NCBI GenBank assembly: GCA_013239625.1
Contig: MU053933.1
Coordinates: 808,001 to 868,000, forward strand
Length of the DNA: 60,000 bases
Source of the DNA: Lama guanicoe
Lineage: Eukaryota
Direction of reading: 5' to 3'
Both the position numbers and the translations under genes were made by a program. Numbering within the stretch: the stretch's first letter is position 1; each line of letters opens with the position of its first letter. Shown here in pieces: positions 44,201 through 56,375 of this stretch. A model generated the notes under the pieces. The model made no database searches and had not been told where the DNA came from. It saw nothing but the letters and a program-made list of their open reading frames with translations.

Positions 44201-47200
44201 AGAGTCAGGGTGCCCACGAGGCGAAGGTGGGGATAGGCCTCCTGGCTGCTACTCACCTGGTGGACTGGGCCCCCTGCCCGCCACCCTGTGTCTTGACCCT
44301 GGGGTGGATGCTCCTTCCTGGGCCAGCCTTCCTCACAGCCCTCCAGGCCTGGCCTCTCTCGGGCCCCAGCTCACTAGGGGACGTCTCTTCAGGACCTCTG
44401 CTCCCCTCGGGGCCGCCTCCCTGACCTTGAGGACTCCTCCTTTCTCCCTTACTTACACTTGACGGATTGGTTCATCCGAGCACTTGTCGTGGGAAACCCA
44501 GAAAGTGCGCAGCAGCAGAGGAGTGGGAGGGCGAGCACCTGGGGAGGACACGGGTGCCAGCAGGCAGAAGGGCAGACGCGTGGCGTTCTGTCTCGTGTGG
44601 CAAGGAGCAGGTCACCTGTAAAGAGATGGGCCCAGCTGGCACGCTCTGGCATGAGGGTGCCGGTCCTCCCCGAGGAGCACCTGGCACACACATGCCGTCT
44701 TTGCCGGACCCTCTGGCTGCTGCTGGAGAGGGTGCCCCTCAGGCGCGCATCCTCCCTGCCCCACTGCAGCCGTGGCTGGCAGGCCGCCCGTCCCACGCAC
44801 CGGCCAAAGCACGGTGTTCAGCGTCATGGCTCCGGGAACAGTTCTGTGACGGGTGGCAGCCCCGTCTGTGGGCCAGACCCCACAGCCAGACTGCTCAGAC
44901 AAGAACTTCTGTCCCCCGCCCTGCTTGCTGCTGCTGGGGTGGACATGGCTTGGCGGGTGCTGCTGCTGGGCATGGCTTGGCGGGCTGGTGGCCTTCTGCC
45001 CTGGATGGGGTGTTTGGTTTTGAGGTATGAGGTATGATTTGCACAAAGTACACAGGTCTTCAGTGTCTGGCCTGACAGATGTTTAGCTGCTCACCTGGGA
45101 AGTCGTCCCCTGGGCTAAGGTCTGGCCCCTTTCCAGCTCCCAGAGGGCTCAGTGCGCCCTGTCCCCATCATTACCTCCCCCGGGTGACCATGAGTCTCAC
45201 CAGTGTCTCGCGGATTCGTCTCCCTGCTCCTGAACTCCGTGGTGGAGTCCTCCCACTTGTGCTCCTCTGTGTCAAGCGCATTTTGTTTTGAGACCCATCC
45301 TCATGGTTGAATGGGCCTGTAACACGCGTTCAGTTATGTAAATCTAGCAGGATGGCCTGTTCCTCGGTCCTGGGCTGGTGGTCCTGGGATGCCAGGCACT
45401 CAGCACTCAGCAATCGCCTTTGCGAGGCCCCACACGTGTTTGCCGTGCACGCGTCAGGAGGGGTTGCTGGGCGCCCGAGGAACCTTCCTCACCGTGGGCT
45501 CTCCGTGGGTCCTGCAGACAGATCGCCCTGTGGTGCCTTATTCCCCCGGAACACTGTGGAGAGAGGGGCAGCCGTTCTCACGCTGCACCCCTGCTGGACC
45601 CCACCTGAGTGCCTGTTCTTTCTCTGGCTTCTGTCCTCCCCACGAATGTCCAGGGTGAGCTGCACAGGTTCTGCACTGCTCCGAATGAGGGTGAAGTCCA
45701 TTTCCACAGCCAGAGCCAGAAAGCAGGGGACACTGCCCCCCACCGGCTCCCGGGCAACGGGACTGACTGCGGCTGGGCCCCATTTGGTGAGTTCCCCATC
45801 CGTCTCCCTCCCCATGTTCATCCTCTGGCTGAAGCAGGCTGTCCCTGCAGGGCTCCTCCATAGCCGGCCAGGCCCAGAGCTGGTGGTGTGGCCGTGGCCG
45901 GGCTCTCCCAGCGTCACCGATCTCAGCAGCGTGATGGTGCTCACGGATGCAGCTGCACCTCGTGGTACAGACTAGTCTGTCCTCTCCTAGCAAACTGGCC
46001 TTCTCCCTCGGCCGCTGTGTGTCCTGCGCCCGTGTGCAGGGCCGTCGTACCTGGAAAAGGCTCTCTTGGCAGGAGATCTGCTGAAGATAACTCGCACTTG
46101 GCATTTGTCAAAGACGGCAGCCAGGACTGGCCGGCATAAGCCGTGTGGGTGGGAAGAAGAGAGGATCTCAGCGCGTGGTGTGGGGTGGCCGGGGGTCTCA
46201 GAGCAGCCAGGGTAACACGTGGAGCAGACGAGCAACCGCGTGCTCGCTGCCAGCCTGGATCCGCCCTGAGCGCAGGAACGCCTATTTAGCGATTATTTTA
46301 TTATTATTGGAAAGGAGGCGACTTTTTCCCCCTTGCCGTATTTTCTGCGTTCAGAACCACCTCTTTCTAGTCTGAGTTCACTGCCCAGACTCAGAGAACA
46401 GAAGCTTTGTGTTTTATTGCCCCCTCCCAAACATCAACTGGTATTTCATGAAAACTAAACAACCCTCTCCTCCTCCTGCTGCTGTTTGACGCGCGTGCAG
46501 ACCAGGACAACTATCAGCAGCTGCTCGGGGCCCTGGATTACGCCTTCCTGTGCGCATACGCCGTCGGCATGTACCTGAGGTAGGTCCGCTGGCGACCCCG
46601 GCCCTCGCCGGGCAGCCCAGCGCGTGCAGCGCGCGCCTCGGCGCCGAAGGCCGGGGAGCGCGGGCTCGCCCACAGGCGGCCGGCCCCCAGCCTCTCCTCA
46701 GAGACGGGGTCCGTGTGTGCCCTCTGTGTCGGCCAGGCAGCGCGTTCACACGTCCCAGGGGTCCTGCCGGTCAGGCCCACTGTCCTCGGACAGCCTGCCT
46801 GGCCCGGGGTTAGGGCGCACTGTGAGTCCTGCCAGGATGTGGTCACTTAGGAACATGCGCTGGCAGCTCCCTGTCCCGTACACACAGCACAGCGCACCCT
46901 CTGGTTTCAGGGGCCGCGTCTGTTTACTGATTCCACCTACATCAGAGTGGTTTACAGCAGACGTGCTTGGCAGGCCCAGCTCGGCCCAAACAGCACCTCA
47001 CCTGCGTGCACAGAGGCTGTCCCACCTGGCGGGTGGGTCCAGAGACACATCGCTGGGATTGGATCCCAGCTTTTCCACATGCTTGTGTGGCTTTGGGCAA
47101 GTTACCTTACCTCTCTGGGCCTCAGTTTCCTCTTTCCTGAATGAGGAGAAGTAGTAGTTCTTAACTCAGGACTGTGAAAAAGGATCGAGTGAGTGGTGCC

Positions 47201-50200
47201 TGTCAAGTGCTCAGAACAGTGCCTGGCACGTGCCGTGCTCCCAGCATCTGTACCATGATGATACCCGTCCCCGCGTCTGTCCTGAGCTGCCCTCGGAAGG
47301 TGGTGAGTGTCCTGTGGGTAACAGACGTGCGGTAGGCTGATTGAAACCTGGTCTCATGTCAGTCCAGCCAGGTTTAACAAAAGCACCATAGGGACTAAGG
47401 CCTTTCGCCCAAAGAGGCCTCTGTTCAGAGACAGAGGTCCTTAGAGCTTTGAGAATCCCCAGAATCCCTGTGAATGCTCCTCTCCCCTGAGACCCACCCA
47501 GACTGTGGCATCAAGACCCAGGCTCCCTCCCCAGCGCAGGACCCTTCTGAGCGGTTGGTGCCCAGACAGGCGGCTTGTGCTGGTGGAATGGATGGCGCCC
47601 CCTTGTCCTTGCACGTCTGCGCTGCTCGCAGGGCTGGTCCAAGGGAGGGAACGGGGCACGCAGGACCAGGAGCGGGAAGCCTGGAGCCGGCGGCGCTGGA
47701 TGCCTTAGGGGCAGGGTCGCAGCCCAGCCGCCAGCCACAGGCCACCCTGGGGCCCAGTACTCCTGTTCTGGAGACTGCAGTGTTCCTGGACGCCAGTAAT
47801 CAGTAACATAAAGAGACCCGAAAGCTGAGGTGTGATTTTCTCAGTTACTAGAAAACAGTATTTAAATGTGGCTCTCAGCTGGGGGAGCTTTTGTCTCCTA
47901 GGAGACATTAGCGCTACCTGGAGACGTTTTTGGCCGTCTCAGCTGGAGCGGGGATGCTGCTGGCGTCAGTGGGCAGAGGCCAGGGCGCTGCTGAGTGTCC
48001 TGCAGCACACAGGACAGCGCCTCACCGCGGAGGGCTGCCTGGCCCGAGATGTCACGGGAGCTGGGGTTAAGAATCCTGGTTTGAATAAAGCGGTTTCATT
48101 GTTACTTATTTATTGGCAGAGATCATTCCTCATGATTCAAGTTGCCAGTGAGGGTTATTATGAAATTCCGTCCAATGTGAGATTCCCCCATAGACTCATG
48201 ACTGCAACGAGGGTGAACCCTGCCTGCTTGCATGTCCTTTCAGTGACATCGTGACACGTGGCTAGTGAAGCGGATTGTGTATGTCACATGAATCAGATGC
48301 AGAGGCACCTTCGTTAACCCAGGTCGTGGCCGGCAGGTTCATGCAGGTGTGGCGTGGCCTTTATTACCTGTGTGAGACTCACACAGTGTAGAAAGGCCTT
48401 CTCTTTTAAAACTTCTAAGTGGAGACCAGACTGGGGCCCAGTGGCACCGCAGGACCAGGGGGCGCTGGCGTCCCTTGCAGATGGTGCCCTCTCAGGAGGC
48501 CCGTCTGACTCTGCCGCTTGTTCTGCGACCTTGGGCAGAGGGGCCAGTGCTTCTGGGACATGTTTCCTCTTCTCCGGAGTGAGCAAGATGAAGCAGGTGA
48601 TTCCTTTAGCTCTAGAGTGCTCTTGCGTTTGGATGTGAGCAGTTTCTACTCAGCTCAAAATTTGACCCGAATGTTGTCTATAATTTTGAGTTACCTCCTC
48701 TGCTTTAGTGTTTAAAAGGCCATTTACATGATGCTGGGGAGATACGTTTTCTGTGGTAAATTCAGGAGTGAAAGCACCATGGTGTGTTGGTTCTTGAGAG
48801 GAAAGACCGAATTCTGGAGACAGTTCCCCGGGCACCGTCCACGGGCAGGCGGGCATCGTTCCCCACTACGCTTCATGCCCACCTGCTCCTGGAATGGCTG
48901 CCTGGAAGGAAATGAGAACCACAGAGTGCTTGAATGTCACGAAGCGCTCGTAGTCATTTACAATTAGTCTCCAGTTTTTTATTCACTCAATAAGTCACAA
49001 TGTCAAGTTGTTCCGAAGGGACATCTTCCGTAAGGCAGTGAAGACTGTATCTCACACGGCATTGGGGGTGCAGCGTGTGGGGTTAAAAGCCTGCTGCGTG
49101 CACGTCCGCGTGCAACTGGAGATGTCTCTCCCGCAGCAGCACCACCACAGCGTTTCACTGAGTCCCCACCACCTATGGGCATTTTCCCTGCGCTTGTCTC
49201 TTTGGAGCACCCAGGCAGCTCTAGGAAGTTCTCCGGAGAGATTAGCTCTTCACTGAGTCACACTGCTGTTCAGAAGGAGCACGGAGGCTCTCCCCCCCCA
49301 CACCCCGTGTTTCAGGCTTTACCTTAAAGAAAATGCTCTGTCTCTAAGGCGCATCACAGTGGCTGAGGCAGGAGGGGTCGTCGGCAGGGCGCCCCCCGCC
49401 TGGCCGCTGTTGCAGGGGCTTCATGACGGCTGAGGGCTGAGAGACCTGCTCGAGGTCACGGGGGCCCTTTCACGTTACTTGTGCACAGCCTGACAGCTGA
49501 AATTTGTAGGTACTCTATACATTCGCAGGGTGCTGTTTATATAAACAGGATTAGCTAGCAGGACAGGTTTTGGTTTTTTGAAGTTGGCAGTCATCCTATG
49601 TCATAGCGTTTAAGCTTTATTATTCGACAGTGACTTTTACTAGAAATAAGAAGTCTTAAAAGATGTTGCCAATTTCTGGCTAAGTGCTCCACTGAGAAAT
49701 AGTTGTGATTAAAATTTCCTGGAAACTGTAATGCCGTGGAGTTCTAAAAGCTCAGAGAACAGCATGGAAACATCCAGAAAGAAGTCGCTGGGCCACTTTC
49801 AATCCGAGTGTGTCGCATTCTCACTTGTCCTCCTTCCCCTCCATCCGCAGCGGCGTGATAGGGGAGCGCCTCCCTATCCGGTACTACCTCGCGGCAGGAA
49901 TGCTGGCCAGCGGGGCGCTCACCGCCCTCTTCGGGCTGGGCTACTTCTACGACATCCACAGTTTCGGATTCTACGTGGTGACTCAGGTGAGGTCTGGGTC
50001 CGCGGCCACCACGTGCAGGGCTCCGCGATGAGCTGGCCGGGGGGCTCGTGTCGCGGGCGCCTGCTCTGCCGGGGGAGAAGATGGCAGATGATGGGGGTGG
50101 GGGCAGAACTGTGTCCTGCCTGACGTCAGGGTCGGCACTGCCCTCTCCCTCCACTGCCCTGAAGTTCTAGCCGCTGTGAGGTTTTCCTTATTTTCAGGAG

Positions 50201-53200
50201 TTGTGGCTTTAAGAATCCTATTTGTCAGTCCTCCTGCTGGGGGACTGAAGCCTGAAGCCCTCAGGAACCCTTCTGCCTTAATTTAGATGCATTTGAGATG
50301 CTGGGTCTTGTGACAGAGGAGGTGAAGGGACGTGGGGCGTGGTGAGGGTGGAGGATGAGGGACTTGGGAGGGCTTGAAGCAGTCAGCGGGAGGAAGGGCA
50401 AGGGCCCAGCGGTGGCACAGGGTGTGCGGCCCTCCCAGCTGCCCCCCCACTGCTGCCCCCGCCACCGCCTTCCTGGAACCCTTGGCTCCACCCCCTCAGC
50501 AGCCCTGTGGCTAACCTTGACAAGAAGTGGAAAAGGACTTAAAATAATGATGCTCACCTTCTGAGGCTCTCAAACAGTCCAGGAGGATGTTTTAAAATCA
50601 TCAAGGCAAATTATATGTCATTTGCTTTTAAAAATTTCACCATAGGACTTGAAAAAATTTGGCTATTTTAATTACAAAAGTAGTTCAAACTTTATAGTAA
50701 TATAGACAAAGAGAAGGAAAAACAATTTCCCGGAGCCAGCACACCCGGGAGGGAAGGCAAGCCTGGCTGGCCCGAGGCTAGACCAGCGGCCTCCAGGCTC
50801 TGGAGAGGGCTGCTTCCCAGAGGCGGCGGGAGGAGGCACAGCCGCCCTAGCTTCCTGCTGCCCTCAGGCTCCTGCGCCCTAAGCAAAGCCGCTTTCTAAG
50901 TCCTTGTTGAAAGCTGAGCTCCGTGCCCCTGGAAGTGGAGAAGCAGTGTCCCCAGGCCCTCAGTCAAGGTCGCGCGGGTCGCAGAGGAGCGTTAGCAGCA
51001 GGGCCATCCTCATAACGCGGGAGTGAGCGCACGCTGCGCACACGCCGGGCCTGTGGGACGATCAGCTCTGCAAAAAGAAAAAAGTTTCTTTTTTTATTAA
51101 GATTTAGATTAGAAAGAGACTGGAAAGTTTGGCCCAATCTATTAATAGTAGCAAGAGATTTTTTTTCTTTCTTTTCTCTGCTTAATCCAAATTTTCTCAA
51201 TAGGCACATATTACTTCGTAATAAGATGTATATATATAAATTGTTTGAAATACGTCTCTGGCTGTTGAGGCTTACATCAGATCTTTTTGTGCGAGTCCGC
51301 CTCTGCACCAGACTCCTGGAGATGGGCCCCGGGCGCCTTGTCTGCCCTCAGTGAGTCCCCAGCTTTGCCCTCAACCACAGGTCGTCAATGGACTGGTGCA
51401 GACCACCGGCTGGCCCAGCGTCGTCACCTGCCTCGGCAACTGGTTTGGAAAAGGAAGGTGAGGAAGGCAGCCTGTGTCCAGCAGCATTTATTGTCAGAAG
51501 ATCCTGATGGAAACCAGACCACTCTGGCTTTAGTTTTCCTTTAGATTTATTACAGAAAAACAAACACTTCAGTCTACTCTATGAAATCAGGTGACTGAAA
51601 CCTCTGGGACTTGAGGTTCTGAGATTCAGATGGACCTTTGCCCAGGAGATGCTACCCTTGTGGGTGGGGTGGCATCTGGGTCAACCCCACCTGGCCTCTG
51701 GGGAACCTGGGAGAAATGCAGTCAGGGCCTCGCCCCAGGCCTTTCCAAGCAGAGACTACATTTTCCTGAGACTGTGAGTCACAGGGAAGTGTGACACGCC
51801 CTGACTAGGTCACCCAGGGCCCAGCAGCAGAGCTGCACCCAGCCTCTGGTGACCTGACTGCGGTCCCATCCCTTGTAACGTCTGTGACGCACAGCACGGC
51901 CCGGCCCACAGTTGAGAAGTGGTAGAGACGCTAAGCAAGGTGGGGACACCAGCCCACCCAGTCTTGTTTAGCTCTCCATTCATCCATCCGGTGGGTTCGC
52001 CAGCACAAACTTTTATTAACAGGATATTTCATCAAATGATTATATTTAGGTTGCCAAGGCACAAATTTAAATTTGGGGCCTTCCAAGAATTTCAGGAAAA
52101 GGCCTCTTTCCTCTCGTAATCATAGAAGGCATAAGCTCAGGGAGATACATCATCTTACAGCCCGAGGTGAAGTGAAGATACAGTCGCCTTGCAAGCACCC
52201 CTAGTCCCATGTCTTGCAGAGGCAGCGTGTTTATTCCCACACCAGCCCTCACACGTGCAGGCGGGCACTCTTGTGTCCTACGTGTCCTGACCCATTTAAG
52301 CCTCGAGACATGGTTTGCCACCCTGTGTTTTGCTGTGTTGCAGGCGAGGTTTGATCATGGGGGTCTGGAATTCCCACACGTCCGTGGGCAACATTCTGGG
52401 GTCCCTGATTGCTGGCTTCTGGGTGTCCACGTGCTGGGGCCTGTCCTTCATCGTGCCCGGGGCCATCGTGGCGGCCATGGGGATAGTGTGCTTTCTCTTT
52501 CTCATCGAACGTAAGTACCGCCAGCCTTGGAGCTGACCCCAGGGGGCTTGGGGGCGCGGTGTCTGGAGAACGGGCTGCTGCCGCCTTAGTCCTGTGCAGG
52601 CGTGTGCTTGTCCCGGCCTGCCCTCGGCTCCCAGCCAGGCTTCCTTCCTCAGAAGCAGGTCTCCTGGTCTTGCTGAATTTTCTGCTATTTCCTGATGCCT
52701 GGAGTAACCTTCAGCCCAGTCCTCCGGCCCAACAGCACCAGGCGTGCACGGTCTTCCCAGGCCCGCCACGTTGCTCACCGCCCAGCCTGTGTGGCCGCCC
52801 CCACCCCCTCCTGCCGCCACAGGCTTGTTTGCTTTCTGATAAGATACACCCTTGTCAATGTTTAAAACCCGTGACTTAAGATCATATATCTTAATTAGGT
52901 GAAGCGTGCTCTTGCCAGGAAACCAAGTCCTTTGTTCTGTTCTAGACTCAATACCAGACTTCTGTTGTAATTGAATTTGAAATTAATTTTTGAAATAGAG
53001 ACGGGCAGGACGAGGCCTCCCGACAGTCATGCCAGCGATGGGGAGCAGGTGCTCCCTTTGCCGCCTGGTCAGTGTGTCCCAACCCCATGAGCTACCCTGA
53101 AGAGTTGTATCTGGCATTGGCTTTGATTTGGCTTAAAGCAAAGTAAAAATCATTTGGTACCAGACAGCTCCCCGCTGTTAACGCCCAGGTGGGGTCACTC

Positions 53201-56200
53201 AGGAGTTACACCAGCCGTGTTGGGTGGAGCGTCAGCTCTGCGTTTGGAGCTGCCAGCTTCATCCTCCGAGAGGTGAAGTCCTATGCTACTCAGTTTCTCA
53301 CTTCTGTTTTCTTGTTGCTAAAGCTAACCTTTTAATTTTTAAAATACCCACCATTTAGCTGAGCACTCATGAGGCTCTCAGGCCAGCGTTGTCCGGTCAG
53401 GGAGAATGGAAGCCAGGTTAGACGAGGAATTCAGACACGCCCCAGGCCAGGGTTGGGGAGCAGGCTGGCGGGGCTGCTCTCCTGTTTTCACCGTCTCCTC
53501 CAGGGGCCGAGTGACATTTTAGCAACATCTCAACATGGCCAAGACAAGTGAATTGTTTAGCAGACTTGGGGGGCAGCTGACTTCCTTGGGAACATTCCAA
53601 CATGTGGCATTTAACTATAGCTTGAGTGTCACTGGAATTATGGGCAAGAAAGGCTGTCCACGTCACCTGTGCTCTTCCGGGCTGGCTCCCAGCACCCGGT
53701 GGCGGGGGTGTGCCGGGTGAGCTCCGCCGGAGGTCCGGAGTCCACGGTGACTTTTTTTCTCTTCCTCAGCTGATAAGGAGGTGGTTCTGGGGGAGGAGGC
53801 AAGGTGAGAGGAACAGGGTGTGTGGGAGGCAGGGCTTCTTTGCTGGCTTGGCGGGCTCTAAGTGCCGGTGGCCTTCTGTTTAGATGTTCTGGGAGGGGCA
53901 GGATTTCCAAGAACAAGAAAGCTCTGGTTTGGTCTTTGTAACAGGAGAGCATCCTTCCCTCCCATAGCTCTACGGGGCTGGGGCGGTGCCCAGGGACCCG
54001 GAGGGCCTTCCTGGAGCGTCTCTCCCACCACACCGTCACCTGGTGGGGACCTTCCTCTGTTCCCTGCTCTGCTACCACGAGGCCAGTAGACCCGCCTGTC
54101 AGCTATGCTGATGCTGGCCTGGGGGCCATGTGAGCACTTGTGCCTCCTCAGCTGGTGCTGAGGACAGGGTCTCAGGGCCCCGCGGGCCGGGGAGAGGGTC
54201 CTGTGGGACTGAAGCCCGGGCCTCAGAGGCTGTGCCCCACCCCTCTCTGCTCCGCACTTTCCTCTGATGGGGCAGGGTTTTCTCACCCGCGGTCTTAGCC
54301 TTCAGCTGTGACTAGTAAACATGTTCCATCTCCCTGTTACCAATCCTCACGGTGCCCCCAAGATTTCCTCTCTCTGCACCTCACCCCCGAACGCTCAGGC
54401 TCTCAGCCCCTTGCTCCGCCCATGCTCACGCTCTGCCTCGCTCAGCCGTCTCTTTAGTGGCTCATCTCCCCCAGAGACTGGCCGTGCTGCTCAAAGCACC
54501 CATAGCTGCTCCCTGTCCCCTCGCCTTGCCTCTGCCGAGGTCGCCGGGCCCGACCCCACGGCCTGGGGGCACCTTCTGGGCTTGGCATTTCTCTGCTTTC
54601 CCACCGAGTGGCTCCTCCTGAGCCTGTGGCCTGGAGGCCTGCTCTGCTCTCCCGGCTGTGACAGGACTCCGGGTGCTCACGGCCGGCCGTGCCCCAGCAC
54701 TTCCTTCTGGGGGCAGACCTGCAGCCGGCCTGCCAGGGGGAGGCCTGTCTGCAGCTCCCACTCCCTTCACGCTGGACCCCGCAGCCGGGGCCGTGTCCAT
54801 GGAGCGTGTCTGCAGCAGAGAGAAGCCGATTCACAGGCTCCGAACCCCTTTCCTCCTCCTCGCTCAGTCCTGCACAGTCCCTTGTAAGTGAAGCCTCCCT
54901 TCCCAGCCCAGTGTTGCCGGTCAGCCCGAGTCTGCTGCCGCCCTGCATGGATGGCAGCCCGGGAGGAAGGCATCAGGCCCTTCCTGCCGAGGGAGTTGGC
55001 ACCGTGTTCCCCCGCCTTGTGACGGGTAAGAATGACGAAAGCCAGTGAAAGCCAGCCGTAAGTAATGACAGCAAATTCTGTGTCCCAGAGCAGGAGACTC
55101 TGCAGAGAGACCAGCTCCCTGTGCGTCTTGGGGGTTTATTTCTGTCCCCCCTCGTCCCTCACCCCTGACGGCAGGGTTGGGCAGTGAAGACTCCAGATGC
55201 GCCCTGTCTTGTGACCAGCAGCGAGGGGACAGCTCTCCTGCTCCTCCCTCCTGCTACAGCCACGCCCAAGGACAGGGACCCGTCTGCCAGCCCCTCCAGG
55301 CCTGCCTGTGAGCGCAGGCAAGGGGCCCACGTGCTAGTGTCCTGCGGGGGGCAAGCCCAGGGAAGGCCTGTCGTGGGGACGGGCCGCCCCACGAGGAGTG
55401 GCCGTGACGTCCTGCCTGCCCCTGGGGCCCCACGGCACGGCTGGAGAGGTCCGTGTGGGGGCTGCTGGCGCCACTGCATGTCCCCAGCGGCCGGCGAGAC
55501 CGCCGGGCACAGGCCAAGCCTCCGCAGGGGCGGGCAAAGAGCAGCCGCCAGCGCAGGGCCCGCGTGGTCAGGGGCCCTCCACGGTGTCACCCCCGTGCCC
55601 GAGGAGGGACCTGCTGTGGGAAGTTTAGAGCCCTGTGGCTCAGTTTGTGTTTTAAGGCGGTTCAGCTGTCTCACCAAAAGCTACAGAAAGAGCAGGGATC
55701 TGGGTGGTGAGGGGGGAGCAGAGCCGGGGGCGGCAGCCGTCTCGTTCTGAGGAAGGGGTGTTGCTGCCCACCCCAGGTCGCACGCCGATTTTAAAGGAGA
55801 AGATGAAAAGGGCCTCACCTCTGGTTTTGCTGGCTTCCACATGTCCTTCCCTCCGTGCATTTGGGTAAAAGACATTTTGCTCTGTGTCAGGGTAGACGTT
55901 GTGCCCGCTAACCTTTACCTCTGAGTGATTCCGTGACATTCCATGACTCATCACAAGTGCCGCTGGGAGCCCCACTCTAATCGTGGCCGTGCCTTCTGCT
56001 TGCTCTGATCCTCACCCTTTAAGCATAAGGGTGAGCGTCTTCACACAAGCTGCTTCTCCTTCTGCGAAGCAGGCTTCGCACTCGTGCCGGCTCGTCCGGC
56101 TTCCGGGCGGGGGCCGACGCCGTCACAGGCCGGGGGAGGGAGGGCTGCGTGAGGTTCTGCTGGGACGGCCGCGCGGAGCCTTCTCCCCACCCGCGACGCT

Positions 56201-56375
56201 GCCTCGCGCAGTCTTTTTTCTTAAATTGTGACTAATTTAGTAGAAGTATCAGCAGGTCCCTTTTTGGGTTTCCTCTTGGCTTGCGCTGGAGGAAACACCC
56301 AGCCCTGGATTCACGCTGGTCGTGTTTGATGTTTCAGATCCGAAGGACATCGCCTGCTCCTCCACCCTGGTGAAG
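29457..56375 (+). CDS. SLC37A1: SLC37A1 glucose-6-phosphate/Pi exchanger (MFS, OPA family), spliced 5' part: join(29457..29512,36752..36833,45654..45786,46501..46579,49851..49986,51381..51457,52344..52510,56338..56375); continues beyond the window
   Basis: 768 nt / 256 aa: [50 protein letters not shown]...[39 protein letters not shown]...[16 protein letters not shown] matches mammalian SLC37A1; head-to-head with RSPH1 as in other mammals. Confidence 0.97.
30083..30580 (-). mobile_element. ERV1-type solo LTR
   Basis: tgcaaggaaaaatttttcctccaccct...aattaaactgacaaaagacagatt...ctttaggcagataag...gctcaaaataa; boundaries approximate. Confidence 0.6.
30905..31043. mobile_element. MER5A-like hAT-Charlie remnant
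   Basis: gtgcttctcaaacttt...ctcagtgggtccgggtggagccc...ggtgatgcagaccacgctctgggtagc. Confidence 0.7.
31510..32880. mobile_element. Old L1MC/L1MD-like 3' fragments with an internal (TG)n tract at ~32168-32195
   Basis: ttcctgaaccatctgagagcaagt..., tttcctcatggttagattcaaattatgcattttg..., gatcttggtttctatgtaccatttccc. Confidence 0.55.
33362..33801 (-). mobile_element. MaLR solo LTR (MLT1-like)
   Basis: agtttcctaggactgcta...aaactggtggcttaaaacagc...taattacatctgcaagaccctgtttccaaatacagtcacgttct. Confidence 0.85.
34778..34930 (-). mobile_element. Vic-1-like SINE
   Basis: Reverse complement gives gctcaggggtcgagtgcgtgcttagcatgcacgaggtcccgggttcagtccccagg with AT-rich tail. Confidence 0.85.
36752..36833 (+). 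CDS. SLC37A1: SLC37A1 coding exon 2 ([27 protein letters not shown])
   Basis: 82 nt; ttgtgtttcag / GTAAGA; TM1. Confidence 0.96.
39440..40320 (+). mobile_element. Ancient L1M ORF2/3' remnants
   Basis: aaatggtgttgacgcaactggttattcac..., gcaaattaaagtaacaatacatcactttacaccc... Confidence 0.55.
40656..41000 (-). mobile_element. MaLR solo LTR (MLT1A-like)
   Basis: gctgctgtaac...ctcacagttctgaaggctgg...cttgcagatggctg...ttaggtttcaacatac...cagaccatagc. Confidence 0.85.
41875..42611 (-). mobile_element. Truncated L1 with 5' inversion (minus-strand 3' part ~41875-42454; inverted part ~42451-42611)
   Basis: Poly-T and 3'UTR on minus strand joined to plus-oriented upstream L1 sequence (gaaaaacagtatggagattcttcaaaaaactaaaaatagac...). 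Confidence 0.85.
45654..45786 (+). CDS. SLC37A1: SLC37A1 coding exon 3 (GELHRFCT...[12 protein letters not shown]), luminal loop with N-glycosylation sequon NGT
   Basis: 133 nt; gtccag / GTGAGT. Confidence 0.95.
46501..46579 (+). CDS. SLC37A1: SLC37A1 coding exon 4 ([27 protein letters not shown])
   Basis: 79 nt; gtgcag / GTAGGT. Confidence 0.95.
47056..47245 (+). mobile_element. MIR SINE
   Basis: tgtggctttgggcaagttaccttacctctctgggcctcagtttcctc...gctcagaacagtgcctggcac. Confidence 0.8.
47866..48078 (+). mobile_element. MER20 hAT-Charlie element
   Basis: ctggagacgtttttgg...tgctgctggcgtcagtgggcagaggccagggcgctgct...cacaggacagc...tggcccgagatgtca. Confidence 0.8.
49851..49986 (+). CDS. SLC37A1: SLC37A1 coding exon 5 ([13 protein letters not shown]...GFYVVTQ)
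   Basis: 136 nt; ccgcag / GTGAGG. Confidence 0.96.
51381..51457 (+). CDS. SLC37A1: SLC37A1 coding exon 6 ([26 protein letters not shown])
   Basis: 77 nt; ccacag / GTGAGG; OPA-family signature region. Confidence 0.96.
52344..52510 (+). CDS. SLC37A1: SLC37A1 coding exon 7 ([19 protein letters not shown]...FLFLIE)
   Basis: 167 nt; gttgcag / GTAAGT. Confidence 0.96.
56338..56375 (+). CDS. SLC37A1: SLC37A1 coding exon 8 ([13 protein letters not shown])
   Basis: 38 nt; gtttcag / GTAAGG; resembles human HPNDVRCSSTLVT; phase consistent. Confidence 0.9.

Noticed and set aside
26573..53915. Scattered STAT-type TTCnnnGAA sites as a lactation enhancer
   Set aside because: Unclustered, some inside repeats, not clearly above chance
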